NCBI RefSeq assembly: GCF_009914755.1
Contig: NC_060925.1
Strand: one strand, 5' to 3'
Length of the DNA: 64,000 nt
From: the human T2T-CHM13v2.0 reference genome, Homo sapiens
Each line of letters opens with the position of its first letter. The stretch's first letter is position 1. Below the pieces are notes generated by a model. It did no database searches and was not told where the DNA came from. It saw nothing but the letters and a program-made list of their open reading frames with translations. This document shows, one piece after another, positions 20,856 to 38,360 of this stretch. The position numbers and the translations under genes were made by a program.

Positions 20856-22228
20856 GTGTAACAAACTATTTGTACTTCCAGGAGTAAGCTGAACTCTGAT
20901 AAATGAACCAACTGGGGTCTGGTAACTACCTTAATCTGTATGGTATAATAGAGATATGACAAGAAATATGGCTTCTGAAGAGCCTGATGATTTTGACGTG
21001 GGCATAAATAGCAATTTGTACTTGGTGATAAGATTTCTGATATTTACTTTCTCCTTTCTTTGGCAAGTACACAGGATAAAAAGTAACTAGAATGAATCCA
21101 CTGTTTTTCCTCAATGTTTATAGAACTATAAAACTCTCAAGTTGACTTTACTAGACAGGGTTAGATAAATCTGGGATAAAGTTAGAATGATTTGCATTCC
21201 TAAAAGAGGACACAAAACTAGAACTGTCAGTTTAAAGAAAGCCCATTTTTATAACTAACATATCGACTAGGCTAGAGATTAATGAGTGCTGTTCAGAATG
21301 AAAAAACTTAATAAACTTGATGACTGGAAAACTTCTTCCATCATTCTCCCCTTTGTTCCACAGACCATCTTATTCAGCACAAGATGCCTTGCAGAATTGC
21401 AAAACATCAGGAAGTCAGTTAACATAACTGGGCTGTTAGCATTGCTTTTAAACGCCAAACCACTGCACAGCACGCCTACTATCCTTTGGGAACTAGCCAC
21501 ATTCCTGGAATATGCTTGACCCCCAAGAGTAAGAGGGACCACTGGGGACTTGCTCTTCTTCCATGATTCCCCACTCTTTTCTCACAAATAACACCTTGGA
21601 CACTGCAGATTAATTACAACTTTCAGCAATTAGAAACCACCACCAGAGTACAAAATAGCTACTGAACGGAAAGAAGAGAAATGCCCTGCCTTTTCAAGGT
21701 GGAGCCAAACTTAGGAGCCCACTGAGGACACTGCAGTCATTTTACAGAATCAGACACTTGCAACCCTGTAGGCATTTGCACACTGATTCAATAAGACAGA
21801 ATGGGAAAGAGAACACACAGGCTTCAGCTTCATGGAAAGAGAGACCAAATCTCTTTTTATTTCTATTTTTATCTCACCATTATAGACCCAGGTGATAGCA
21901 CAGTGCCTGGAACAGAGTAGAGTAAGCACCCGTAACTGACCTCTGTTGCTATTTTTACTGCTACAGGTTGCACAGCAAGTACATGCTGAATGCTGCTGAA
22001 GTGGCAAGTCAGTGGGCCTGAGGGGGAGGCCAGGAGAGCACCATGCACAAAGGCCCCAAAGGGCATAGCTGCCCACAACTTCCTCACACTGCACTGTAGC
22101 AGGGCCCTTTTCACTTAATGCCATGAAGATTTGTTCCATTAGATTAAAAACAGTGAAGCAAGTTTAGCAGGTTCAATACTACATCGGGCATATTGTACTG
22201 TTGGAATTGCAGTCTTGCCAATGGCTAG

Positions 22229-22590
<362 letters not shown>

Positions 22591-22740
22591 AAAGAAGAAG
22601 ATAGCTCTTTGGATCTGCCTCTCCAAATCTTTGGGTCCAGCACTGGCACTCCATTTACAATCATATTGAATTTCTTGGTATCACAGAAAAAAAAACTCAT
22701 CAGACAAAAAGCAAATGCTATTTTCTTATTTAAAAATTTA

Positions 22741-23207
<467 letters not shown>

Positions 23208-24300
23208 CTAGGCCTGTTACTGCTCCATCTCCACACTGCCCCATGCTCTACCTCAAAGCACCTTCCGTGATGGCAGGAGAACAAGGGGAGGCACCTCCTG
23301 CCCGCCTCCTGTGAGGCTCCTACCAACACACTCTGCCCCGGGCATGCGGTCCCAGGGACTTGCTGGGTTTCCCTTATTGGTCAGAGTTCATAGAGCTGGT
23401 CCACCCTCCGCAAGGGGAAATGAAAGGTGTCTACCTCTCACCAGTGGTTGTCTTGCACCTGACATATAGGATGGTCAGCTCAACTAGCAGACTTGGAGCC
23501 AAAGGACCTGGGTCTGGTCATGGATAAAATAAACTCACTGTGGGGCTTGGGACACATGCTACCATAACACACCCACATGAGATACACACACGCACACAAA
23601 ACTACAAATATGATAATTCAGCTGAATTATAGTGGTGGTTTCTTGATACCCAAATTCGAATGCCGGCTTCATTTTGGAGTAACGACTTTACCACCTCCCT
23701 GCATCCCATCCACTTCAGTGTTGCACCAGGACACCCTCTCATACCTCAACTCCTGCCGGGCCAACAACAAAAATTCATGACTCAAGTCCTACCTCTCAAG
23801 CTTTACTCATTACCTCCTAAATCTGGTAATCCCACCCTCATTTTCTTTCCCCCCAAAACCCACGACTTCCTGGGAACCTTCCAGATGTTTCTCACCCCTA
23901 CAAACAATTGGTGCCAATTTGTCACACTGCCTAAGCTACATAATAGCCTGTTCTACAATTTTAACAACCAGGGCTTTGACTTGTAGCAAAAGCCTTCAAA
24001 GCTCCACTGCCTGTAATAGTTTGTAAGTAGCTGGAGATGGATTTTAATCAGTCTATTGTGCAAATATCTGAAGCAATAAGACATCTGACCAGTGAGTGAC
24101 AGGGTAACTGAGACACTACAACAAAAAAATTTCACCAAAATACAACCTTCCAGCAAACAGAAAATGGGGTCTCTGCTTCCATCTGTGAGTATGGGTACAA
24201 ATGCCAATGATTATCACACTAGCAGGGAACAGGGAGCCCCCAGCTGGCCACTAGGCTACAAATACTGCCCTTCTCTCATTAAAAAAAAAAAAAAAATTAG

Positions 24301-25004
<704 letters not shown>

Positions 25005-25029
25005 CTAACAAGGAATCTCAGGTACAGAA

Positions 25030-26090
<1,061 letters not shown>

Positions 26091-26139
26091 ACATTCATCC
26101 CATTGATTTGGCTGTAGTCTTTCCTGCCATCTTCTTAGC

Positions 26140-26835
26140 CAAAATTAAAGCACCTTAGCGGCTCTGCTTTTTCCCAATTACAATCGGCTTCCGCCCCGTG
26201 GTGCTGGTTTGGGCTTGGGGGTCCTGGGTGGGGACCCCCGGGGTTGCCCCGTGGTTCCCCTCTTAGCACTGTAACTTCCTGGGCGCCAAACAGGCTGCCC
26301 AGGCAGCCCGGAGGAGCAGCAGCTTCAACGCAACCCAGTACCCAGCCCTGCGACTCCCCAGCCACTCTGGAACATGCTGCCTGTCGAGCAGTGGTCCGAG
26401 GTGACCTTCGGGGCGGTGAGAGAGTCCAGAGGTCAGAGGAGGAGGAACCCGTCGGGCGGTGAGAAAGCTTTACCCCGCCCCCTGGAAGCCCACCGAGGGC
26501 AGGCAGATGCCAGGCGCGGCGACTTCATTTGCGTCTCTGCAACGCCCACCCTGCAGTGCCACGCCCCCGAGCGCGAAGCCTTCTGGGAGTTCTGATCCCG
26601 GACGACCGTAAGGTAGGGCCCTACAGACTGACTGGGGAGCCAGTTGGGGAAACTCGTGAACAGCAACTGCGGTGGCGGCTCCGCCTCCTTGGGGCTGGAG
26701 CTCCCCGACGGCCAATGAGGCGGGACACGTGGGCCTCCAAAACACCCTGAGGTGCCGGCCGGGCTGCTGGGCGCGCTCTTCTTGGCCCAGCCAGCCGTCG
26801 CCGCGCCCCTCCCTGGGTCCTCCCACATCCCCGGT
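26140..26835. promoter_or_regulatory. CpG-island promoter of an unidentified gene, possibly bidirectional
   Basis: Only GC/CpG-rich non-repeat block; GC boxes at 26473-26482 and 26559-26568; ZNF143-like ACTCCCAGAAGGCTTCGCG (minus, ~26572-26590); CCAAT 26712-26716; CACGTG 26726-26731. Confidence 0.8.
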
Positions 26836-27052
26836 TACAGCCTCTAAATGTAGCATTTGCGCCCTCACCCTGCACAGCCTTGATTTTCCAAAGATAGGCC
26901 TGGACTTTTGCAAACAGGGGGCTCTCCTCCTTCATGAGTCTTTCTGTAGCCTCATACCTACAGGCTATGTTAGAAATTACACCAGTGACTTGTAGGATCC
27001 TGGAGTAAACAGAAGCTGCTTTCGGAAATCTGGTACCTTGCTCGGTCCGCAG

Positions 27053-27222
27053 GTGCAAACTCAAAGACCTACTTCCAAGCTGCCGTCCATGTGCTGCCCA
27101 ATGAAGCTGCAACACGTGAACCTCTGTGGAAGGCGCCCACCTTTTCTCCAGTCCTTCTCTCACTGAGTGCCCTATCAAAATGGAAGAATCCCTGAATGAA
27201 CCCATTTCAAGTTTGAATTGTG
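27053..27222 (+). ncRNA. Candidate internal exon of a probably non-coding transcript
   Basis: Acceptor ccttgctcggtccgcag|G and donor GTG|GTAAAA; upstream donors at 26608 and 26613; stops in all three frames. Confidence 0.25.
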
Positions 27223-27509
27223 GTAAAATATTGCAATCCCAAGTGTTGGTTGCCTACAGCTTCCTACTGATTTTGGCTGGTGTCTAAAAAGAAGGTACCC
27301 CCAAAATAAAATAAAAATAAAAACAAGGCCCAGAAATGTCTCCTGTGTTAGCCCAGTAAATAGTTGATTTTCTTTTCTTTCCTTTTTTTTTAGAGACAGG
27401 GTCTTGCCATATTGCCCAGACTAGATTCAAACTCCTGGGCTCAAGTGATCCTCCTGCCTCAGCCTCCCAAGGAGCTGGGACTACAGGCAGGCACCATGGT
27501 GTACTCAAA

Positions 27510-28895
27510 ATTTTTTTTGAGAGGGAGTTTGCTCTGTCACCCAGGCTGGACTGTAGTGATGGGATCTTGGCTCACTGCAACTCCATCTCCCGGGTTCAAA
27601 GCGATTCTCTCCTGCCTCAGCTGCCCCAGTAGCTGGGACTACAGGCGTGTTGCCCAAAAGAGTCAAACTCTGTAAAATATTTTAAGAGATTTATTCTCTT
27701 AAATATGAGACGGCCAAATATGAGTGGCCATGTTGCGTGACATGTGCCCAAGGTGATCAGAGTACAGCTTGGTTTTATATATTTTAGGGAGGTATGAGAC
27801 ATCAATCAAATACATTTAAGAAATACATTGGTTTGGTTCAGAAAGGCGGGACAACTCAAAGCGGGGTGGCGGGGGTGGGGGTGCTTCCAGGCTATAGGTA
27901 AATTTAAACATTTTCTGGTTGACAATTGGTTGAATTTATCCTGGAATCAAGAGAAAGGAAATGTTCAGGTTAAGATAAAGGATTGTGGAGACCAAGTTTT
28001 ATTGTGTAGAGGAAGTTCTCCGATAGCAGACTTCAGAGACAGCAGGTTGTAAAATGTTTCTTATCGGACCTCAAAGGGTGTCTGGCTCTTAGTTGATTAT
28101 CTCCTGGATCTGGAAAGGAAGGAAGGAAAAAAAAAGGGCAGTGGTGGGGGAGGGTGGTGGCAGGCGCGGTGGCTCACGCCTGTATTCCCAGCATTTTGGA
28201 AGATTGAGGCAGGCAGATCGCCTGAGGTCAGGAGTTCAAGACCAGCCTGGCCAACATGGCGAAACCATGTCTCTACTAAAAATACAAAAACTAGCCGGGT
28301 GAGTTGGTGCACACCTGTAGTCCCAGCTACTCAGGAGGCTGAGGCAGGAGGATTGCTTGAACCCAGGAGGCAGAGGTTGCAGTGAGCCGTGCCACTGCAC
28401 TCTAGCCTGGCGACAGAGTGAGACCCTGTCTCAAAAAAACAAAAACAAAAAAGAACAATGAAGAAAAGGGGGAAAGAGGATTCTCTGTAGATGTGGATTT
28501 TTCCCACAAGGGATGGCTTTGCAGGGCTATTTCAAGATGTGGCAGAGAAACACGTTTTGGGGTAAAATATTTTGATTTTCTTCCTTGTTATGCCAGGGTC
28601 AGATTGGAAAGTAAGTCATGATATATAGGGTCAAATAAAACCCATGTGATGAGAATTTATGGTTTGTAGGGCATATCCCTTAGATAGGAATTTGGGCAAG
28701 ATTAAAACAAAAAATCAGGTCTTAGTCCTCAGGTGTGTGCCACCACACCCAGCTAATTTTTTATTTTATTTTTTGTATTTTTAGTAGAGACAGGTTTTCA
28801 CCAAGTTTGCCAGGCTGGTCTCGCACTCCTGACCTCAGGTCATCCTCCCGCCTCGGCCTCCCAAAGTGCTGGGATTATAGGCGTGAGCCACCAGG
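27510..28895 (-). mobile_element. Alu split by a MER4A LTR
   Basis: Alu stops at ...ctacaggcg (27647) and resumes ggtgtgtgccacc (28732). Confidence 0.88.
27648..28731 (-). mobile_element. Solo LTR, MER4A/MER4A1-like (ERV1), containing an Alu at 28160-28450
   Basis: Minus strand starts TGAGGACTAAG; 4-bp TSD ggcg/ggtg. Confidence 0.88.
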
Positions 28896-29034
28896 CTGGG
28901 ACAGAATGAGAGTTCTGTTGAGCTGAGCAGAGGCGGTTGGCTTGGTAGACAGAAAAAGGCTGAGGAAAGTATTAGTAGAAGCTGAGAACAAAAAGCAGAT
29001 TGGTCCTTTCAAAGTTATTTTCCTCCTACAGCTT

Positions 29035-29625
29035 TGAGAGAAGAAAAATAGCTCCAAGCATTCTGAGCTCTGTAAAGTACTCGGGACCAGAGAGACAGGA
29101 GTGTGAGACTTCAGTCATGCCTGCCTCCAGCCCTCCCCTGCCCCATACCTGGGGTCAATTGTTTAAGGTAATTTTGTTCCTGACTAGCTGCCTCACCCAG
29201 TGTCTTCCTGTTCCTGGAATTTGTGATACAAAGAATAATGTATAGCCAATCAATAGCTTATATTATTTTAATGTGAAATCTTGGTAAACAATTTAGGAAC
29301 TGCCTCTTCTTTTCCTTTAAAAACCTCAAGGTAGTAGGTCCCTGCATTCCCAAGTACTTGGGAGGCGGAGGCAGGAGGATTGCTGGAGCCCAGGAATTGA
29401 AGGCTGTGGTGAGCCATGATTACACCACTGCACTCCAGCCTAGGCGACGGTGAGACCCCATCTCTAAACAAAACAAAATTTTAAAACCCTACTTGTAATT
29501 GTTACTAGTCCCAGTGAATATTCACTGGGCAGCTTGAATCTATGCTCTCGGGAAGCAATCTCAAGCTTGGCCCAAATAAACTATTTACATTAATTTTGCC
29601 TCAGCCTCTTCCTTTTAGGTAGACA
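29035..29625 (+). mobile_element. Solo LTR, MER4 group (MER93/MER65-like), with an Alu fragment
   Basis: TGAGAG...AGACA termini; AATAAA at 29575-29580. Confidence 0.75.
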
Positions 29626-29653
29626 GGTTAAAGCAGAGGGGGCTTCCTTATCA

Positions 29654-30546
<893 letters not shown>

Positions 30547-30549
30547 ATG

Positions 30550-30749
30550 CCCGCTAAAACTGGCCTTTTAGTTATTGGTTAGGTTATTATCTCTGTCTCT
30601 CCTGATTTCTTGGAAGATCAGATAAACAACTTAGGTTTGGCTTGGTGGTGTGGAACTTCAGCATGAATGGCTCCATTTTAGTTTGGTCTGTTGAGCCAAG
30701 TGCAGGAGCTCAGTCTAAACCAATAGCCTCCCGTAAATTTTATCTAATA
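30550..30749 (-). mobile_element. LTR fragment (MER57/MER67-like)
   Basis: Resembles a MER4-group LTR 5' end. Confidence 0.55.
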
Positions 30750-31350
<601 letters not shown>

Positions 31351-31726
31351 CAACAACAAATTATCTAACAGTAATAATGGTACTAACAGTAGTGAATTTA
31401 GGGCAAGCACACCACATGCCTCATGGCTCATCCTTTCTTGGGATTGTCACAGGACTCCAGCCTTGAACTGAGGCAGCCTCACTTCACAGGCCAGGGTTGT
31501 TACCTCTCATCCCCCACAGACCTGGGATTTGTTTCAGCTCTGCAGGAGAGAACTGTGTGACCTTGGGCAAACTCTTCCCCTCCTGGTCTCCCTTATCTGT
31601 ATCTGCACACAGCTATGATAAGTGGTGGTAAAAGTCGTTCTAGCTCTGAGTTTGTAGGATTATTGGACACCCACTGTGCATGAGGTGACTGCTTACACAA
31701 GGAGATGTTACATTAAGATGTTGGAC

Positions 31727-32025
31727 AGCCAGGCGCGGTGGCTCACACCTGTAATCCCAGCACTTTGGGAGGCCAGGGCAGGTGGATGACGAGGTCAGGA
31801 GTTCAAGACCAGCCTGGCCAACATGGTGAAACCCTGTCTCTACTAAAATACAAAAATTAGCCGGGCGTGGTGGTGGGCACCTGTAATCCCAGCTACTCAG
31901 GAGGCTGAGGCAGATAATTACTTGAACCCGGGAGGCGGAGGTTGCAGTGAGCCAAGATCGCACAACTGCACTTCAGCCTGGGCAACAGAGCGAGACTCCA
32001 ACTCCAAAAAAAAAAAAAAAAAAAA
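31727..32025 (+). mobile_element. Alu (AluS)
   Basis: TSD aagat(g/a)ttggac. Confidence 0.93.
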
Positions 32026-32767
32026 GATATTGGACTAAGGTTGGTGTTTAAATGGACCCTATTTGGTAGTTACTCGACTGTGTGTAATATTTTAGTTGTT
32101 AAATGAGGTGGCATCTTTTCATCATTTGGCTTTTCTGCCTTTTACCCAGAACAGGCACCAGATAATCAGCTTCTGGTGTTGCTTAGCAAAATGACAGCTC
32201 TTTCCTTAAAAAAAAAGTTTTTTTTTGCAAGAGAAAAGACAGATTTGTATTCATGTATCTATGGGAGTTCAGGGGAAAATGTGACTCTAGCTCTTTCATT
32301 TAAAGCTCGTTAGTTCTCTTGTAGCTGGAGACATTTTTTCTCTTCTGCTCTTCGGGTTGCGAGGCTTAGGGATTCTAAGACACTAAGCCTTGCCTTTGTA
32401 ATCCTGTTTTATAAGGCTATTTTCTCCTTTGAAGATGAACTCTCAATCATTTAGATACTTAAAAGCCTAGACACAGCACAATTTATTCCTATAATGTACT
32501 GACCTCAAATACCAAGTAGGTATTGCAGCGCCTACCCAGGAAACAAACCTTGGCTTGTGCACAAATGACTTACACACATGAAAGTGCCAGGATAAACCCA
32601 GGGGTTTTCAGAGAAAATATCAGAATGAGGGAAAAGGCTAGAATATAGAATGTCAGATATACTTGGGTTCGAATCCAGCATTCTCCCTTCTTGGCTCTGT
32701 GACCTTGGACAAATTAATTAAACTCTCTGAGCCTCAGGTTCCCCAGCCATAAGATGATGATAACATC

Positions 32768-33454
32768 TGTGATCTGGGAGAGCCAAGTTGGCATCCCTTT
32801 ATCAACTAAGACAAACCTTTAGGTTACAGAAACAAAAGTTACCAACGAATGAAGGGTTCAGGGCTCAGCTGGCATGGCAATTTCCTAAATTCCTGTGGCT
32901 ACAAGAAAAACCACACTCTTGCTAAACTCCCTAACAGTAGGAATTATCAGGCAAATTGTCAGACACTTCCTAAGTCTGATGTACAATCCAGACCACTACA
33001 GCCCTGATTGGACAGAGACCTGGCCTTAGAAACACTTTCCTGATAAGTAACTGCCAACCTCAAGCCAGTTTCAGCAAATTGTAGAGACTGCACACACAAA
33101 TTATCTCTGTGTCCTGTAGGTCACCTTTAACGTAAAGAGCCAAATTCCATCTCAGTTTAAAGCCAAAACCCTTCCCCAAAGTGAACATGGGATGGATATT
33201 ACATATATGTGTAGCCATTGTGCATGCATTTGGCTCCCCTCATAAATATGTACAGCTTTCCTCCAAAACCTGAATATATATGACTATTGTGTAATACAGA
33301 CCCTGTGAGGCACAAAAACCATCCTGCCCTTTCCCTCTTTGAAGAGAAAGCACCTTTATTACATGCCAAAACTGTCTCTTCCTGGTTTGCAAACCGATAT
33401 CACAAAGCTCTCCTTTCTACTGTTAAGCCATCCTGGTGGTCTTTTGGACCATAC
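32768..33454 (+). mobile_element. Solo LTR (MER50/MER83-like) inserted into a MIR
   Basis: TG...CA termini; MIR core at 32640-32767 resumes after the LTR. Confidence 0.75.
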
Positions 33455-33824
33455 ATCTCATAGATTAGTTTTAAAGACTAAGTGAGAAACAATACAATAT
33501 GAAATACATTCAGTATATCTGAATTGAGTGAAGTAGATGGCCCATATTTACTGCTACGTTGCTGTTGTGATTGTTATTTTCTTCCTCTTGTTGTCATCCA
33601 CTTGTGTATTTTTCAAAGTACTTTCACTCATTCCATCACTTCTTTTTCTGTCACTCTTTTATCCTAGATTAAGACATGTTCAAACCATGACTAGCTTCAA
33701 AATGTATTTGTGTGTTAGACTGTTAGCCCTCTCTAATCTCTCTTTGATGTTTTGCTAATGCATCCTGTGCATGCTCTGTGCTTATTCTTACATTTCCCAT
33801 CCACTCATTCTCTTCTGCTTCTTC

Positions 33825-34237
<413 letters not shown>

Positions 34238-34799
34238 TAAACTCTTAAAAACATGGGGCACATGTTCCCAGGACCTCCTGAGGGCTGTATCACAGGCAAA
34301 AAATATATATGTATATATTTTAAAAATAGAGTTTATTTTATGCAGATAAAAAACTCATCAGTGTCTGCCTGCAGCATCTTATCAGACTCCTGAGACTGGA
34401 TTTCAGATCTTCCAAAATTTGGGAAGATTGCTTGACAGGCCAGCAGAGAGTAGGGCAGAGAGGAAAAACTTAGCAGTTATTTTATGGCTTTCAGGGCTCA
34501 GTGACTTCATCTCAGGATACCAGCAGTAGCCTCTCCCTAGTCCTTCAACCCAGAGCTCTGACATGAATTCTGGATGAAGGTTATGGAGCAGGGGAGGAAG
34601 GGAGGAGATGAATATTTCTGGAAACAGTAGAGATTCTCAATGAGCAATCAAAGTAGCCTCCTATCAGAGGAGATGCACTGATAAGAACAAGACAGCCCTT
34701 TATGCCATTTTCTGGAGCAATTATGTTTACCGGGCACTCTGGCTTAGCCCGGAGAACAATGATTCTCCCCCAGGGATCCCCAGACCCCAGTTTGAGTAT

Positions 34800-35633
<834 letters not shown>

Positions 35634-35785
35634 TGCGTTAGTCTGTTTGTGTTTCTATAAAGGAATGCCTGAGGCTGGGTAAGTTATGAAGAAAAAAGGT
35701 TTATTTGGCTCAGTTCTGCGGGCTATACAAGAAACATGAGAACCAGTCAGTTATCTTTCAGTTGTTCTGTCTCCCTGTCCTTGCC

Positions 35786-36171
35786 TGTATTAGGCCATTC
35801 TTGCATTACTATAAAGAAATACCTGAGACTGGGTAATTTATAAGAAAAGAGGTTCTTCCAGCTTTACAAGCGTGGCACCAGCATCTGCTTGGCTTCTGGG
35901 GAGGCCTCAGGGAGCTTTTACTCATGGTAGAAGGTGAAGCAGGAGAAGGCACTTAACATGAGGAAAGCAGGAGCAAGAATGAGTGCAGCAAGAGGTGCCA
36001 CAGACTTCACAAACCAGATCTCCCGAGACCTCACTCGCCAGTGTGAGAATAGCACCGAGACGTGAGGGATCTGCCCCAGTGACCTAAATACCTTCCACCA
36101 GGTCCCACCTCCAACATGGGGATTACAGTTCAACATGAGATGTGGCGGGGATGTATATTCAAACTATATCA
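35786..36171 (-). mobile_element. MSTA-like MaLR LTR nested in a MER4-group LTR fragment (~35740-36708)
   Basis: tgtattaggccattcttgc...aaactatatca. Confidence 0.85.
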
Positions 36172-36734
36172 CCACCTTACAAGGAAAGTAACTTTATTTT
36201 ATTTAATTTTTTTTTTTTGAGATGGAGTTTCGCTCTTTTGCCCAGGCTGGAGCGAAATGGCATGACCTCGGCTCACTGCAACCTCTGCCCCTTAGGTTCA
36301 ACCAATTCTCCTGCCTCAGCCTCCTGAATAACAGGGATTATAGGTGCTGCCACCACACCCGGCTAATTTTGTATTTTTAGAAGAGATGGGGTTTTGCCAT
36401 GTTGGCCAGGCTGGTCTCAAACTCCTGATCTCAGGTGTTCCACCCAACTTCACCTCCCAAAGTGCTAGGATTACAGGCACGAGCCACTGCACCTGGCCAC
36501 AAGGAAAGTAACTTTAAAATGACCAGTCTGCTTTTTGTTCTTTGTTTCTGATTTATTCAGCCCTTTCTGTTTATAAAGACAATTCCCTTTGCTCAACTCA
36601 TTGGAGTACTTATTCTATTTTATGGAATGAACTGTTGCCCAATTCTACAATCACAATAAAGCCAACTGAGATCTTTAACTAAATTCATTATGAGTTTGTC
36701 TTTTGACAATATGCAAAGAATTTTAAAAATATTT

Positions 36735-37388
36735 TTGGTTATTTCTTGTCTTCTGCTAGCTTTGGCATTTGTTTGCTCTTGGTTCTCTGGTTCTTTTAGT
36801 TGTGATGTTAAGGGGTCAATTTGATGTGGGCATTTAGTGCTATAAATTTCCCTCTTAACACAGCTTTAGCTGCATCCCAGGGTTTCTGGTACATTGTCTC
36901 TTTGTTCTCATTGGTTTCAAAGAACTTCTTGATTTCTATCTTAATTTCATTATTTACCCAAGAATCATTCAGGAGCAGGTTGTTCAATTTCCATGTAGTT
37001 GTGTGGTTTTGAGTGAGTTTCTTAATCTTGAGTTCTAATTTGATTGTGCTGTGGTCTGAGAGACTGTTTGTTATGATTTCAGTTATTTTGCATTTGCTGA
37101 GGAGTGATTTACTTCCAATTATGTGATCAATTTTAGAGTAAGTGCCATATGGCACCAAGGAGAATGTATATTCTATTGTTTTTGGGTGGAGAGTTCTGTA
37201 GATATCTATCAGGTCCACTTGATCCAGAGCTGAGTTCATGTCCTGAATACCTTTGTTAATTTTCTGTCTTGATGATCTATCTAATATTGATAGTTGGGTG
37301 TTAAAGTCTCCCAATATTATTGTGTGGGAGTCTAAGTCTCTTTGTAGGTCTCTAAGAACTTGTTTTATGAATCTGAGTGCTCCTGTAT
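36735..37388 (-). mobile_element. L1PA ORF2 endonuclease fragment
   Basis: ORF 36808-37314 reads [30 protein letters not shown] (APE-like EN domain). Confidence 0.95.
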
Positions 37389-37561
37389 GAATTAGTAGAT
37401 GGTCCTAAGCACAGTTGTAAAAGAGGTAAACTTGATCTTCAAATTCTCCACATCTTTTTGGAACCTTTTTGTCCTACTAGGATCCCTTTCCTGATGTCAT
37501 CTCACCCTCACTCTCTAGATATTTAGTCCCCTATTGGCTGCACACTGTCCTTTTTAACCAC

Positions 37562-38307
37562 TGCTGTGGTCTGAATGTATCCCCCAAATTCCTATATTAA
37601 AAATGTAATTCCCAATGCAACAATCTTAGGAATTGGAATGTTTAGGGAGGTCATGAGGGCTCTGCCCTCATTAATAGATTCATTCCATTATAAAAGGGCT
37701 TGATTGAAGGGAGTTTGAGCTCTTTTGGCCTTCAACCTTCCGCCATGTGAGGACATAGTGTTTAAGGTGCCATCTTGGGAGCAGAGATCTGATCTTCATC
37801 AGACAGCCAACCCTGGTGGCACTTTGATCTTGAACTTCCCAGCTGTATTAGTCCATTTTTACACTACTGATAAAGGTATAACCTAGACTGGGCAATTTAC
37901 AAAAGAAAGAGGTTTAAGGGACTTATAGTTCCCAGTGGCTGGGGAAGCCTCACAGTCATGGCAGAAGGCAAGGAGAAGCAAGTCACGTCTTACGTGGATG
38001 GCAGTAGACAAATAGAGAGAGCTCGTGCAGGGGAACTCCTCTTTTTAAAACCATCAGATCTCATGAGACTTACTCACTATCATGAGAACAGCATGGGAAA
38101 GACTTGCCACCATGATTCAGTTACCTCCTACAGGGTCCCTCCCACAACACATGGGAATTCAAGATGAGATTTGGGTGGGGACACAGCCAAACCATATCAC
38201 CAGCCTCCTGTTAGAAATAAATTTCTGTTCTTTATAAATTACCTAGTCTGTGATATTTTGTTATAGCAACACAAGTGGGCTAAGACAACTACTAAAATCT
38301 TCCCCTA
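37562..38307 (+). mobile_element. MSTD/MLT1A-like MaLR LTR containing a THE1 LTR
   Basis: tgctgtggtctgaatgt...ctaagaca. Confidence 0.8.
37844..38199 (-). mobile_element. THE1B/C-like solo LTR
   Basis: tgtattagtcc...aaaccatatca; perfect 5-bp TSD ccagc. Confidence 0.92.
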
Positions 38308-38360
38308 AATAGATATCTATTTCTCTAGAAAGCCAACAAAGCATGACATTAAGACTGTGG

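Noticed and set aside
26712-26731. ER-stress element (ERSE)
   Set aside because: ERSE needs CCAAT-N9-CCACG; here it is CCAAT-N9-CACGT, better read as NF-Y plus E-box
26135-26995. Multiple overlapping ORFs in the CpG island
   Set aside because: Expected from stop-codon depletion in GC-rich DNA; no homology recognised
36808-37314. 168-aa endonuclease ORF as a functional gene
   Set aside because: Truncated L1 ORF2 piece lacking the EN N-terminus and RT, ending at a deletion-induced frameshift
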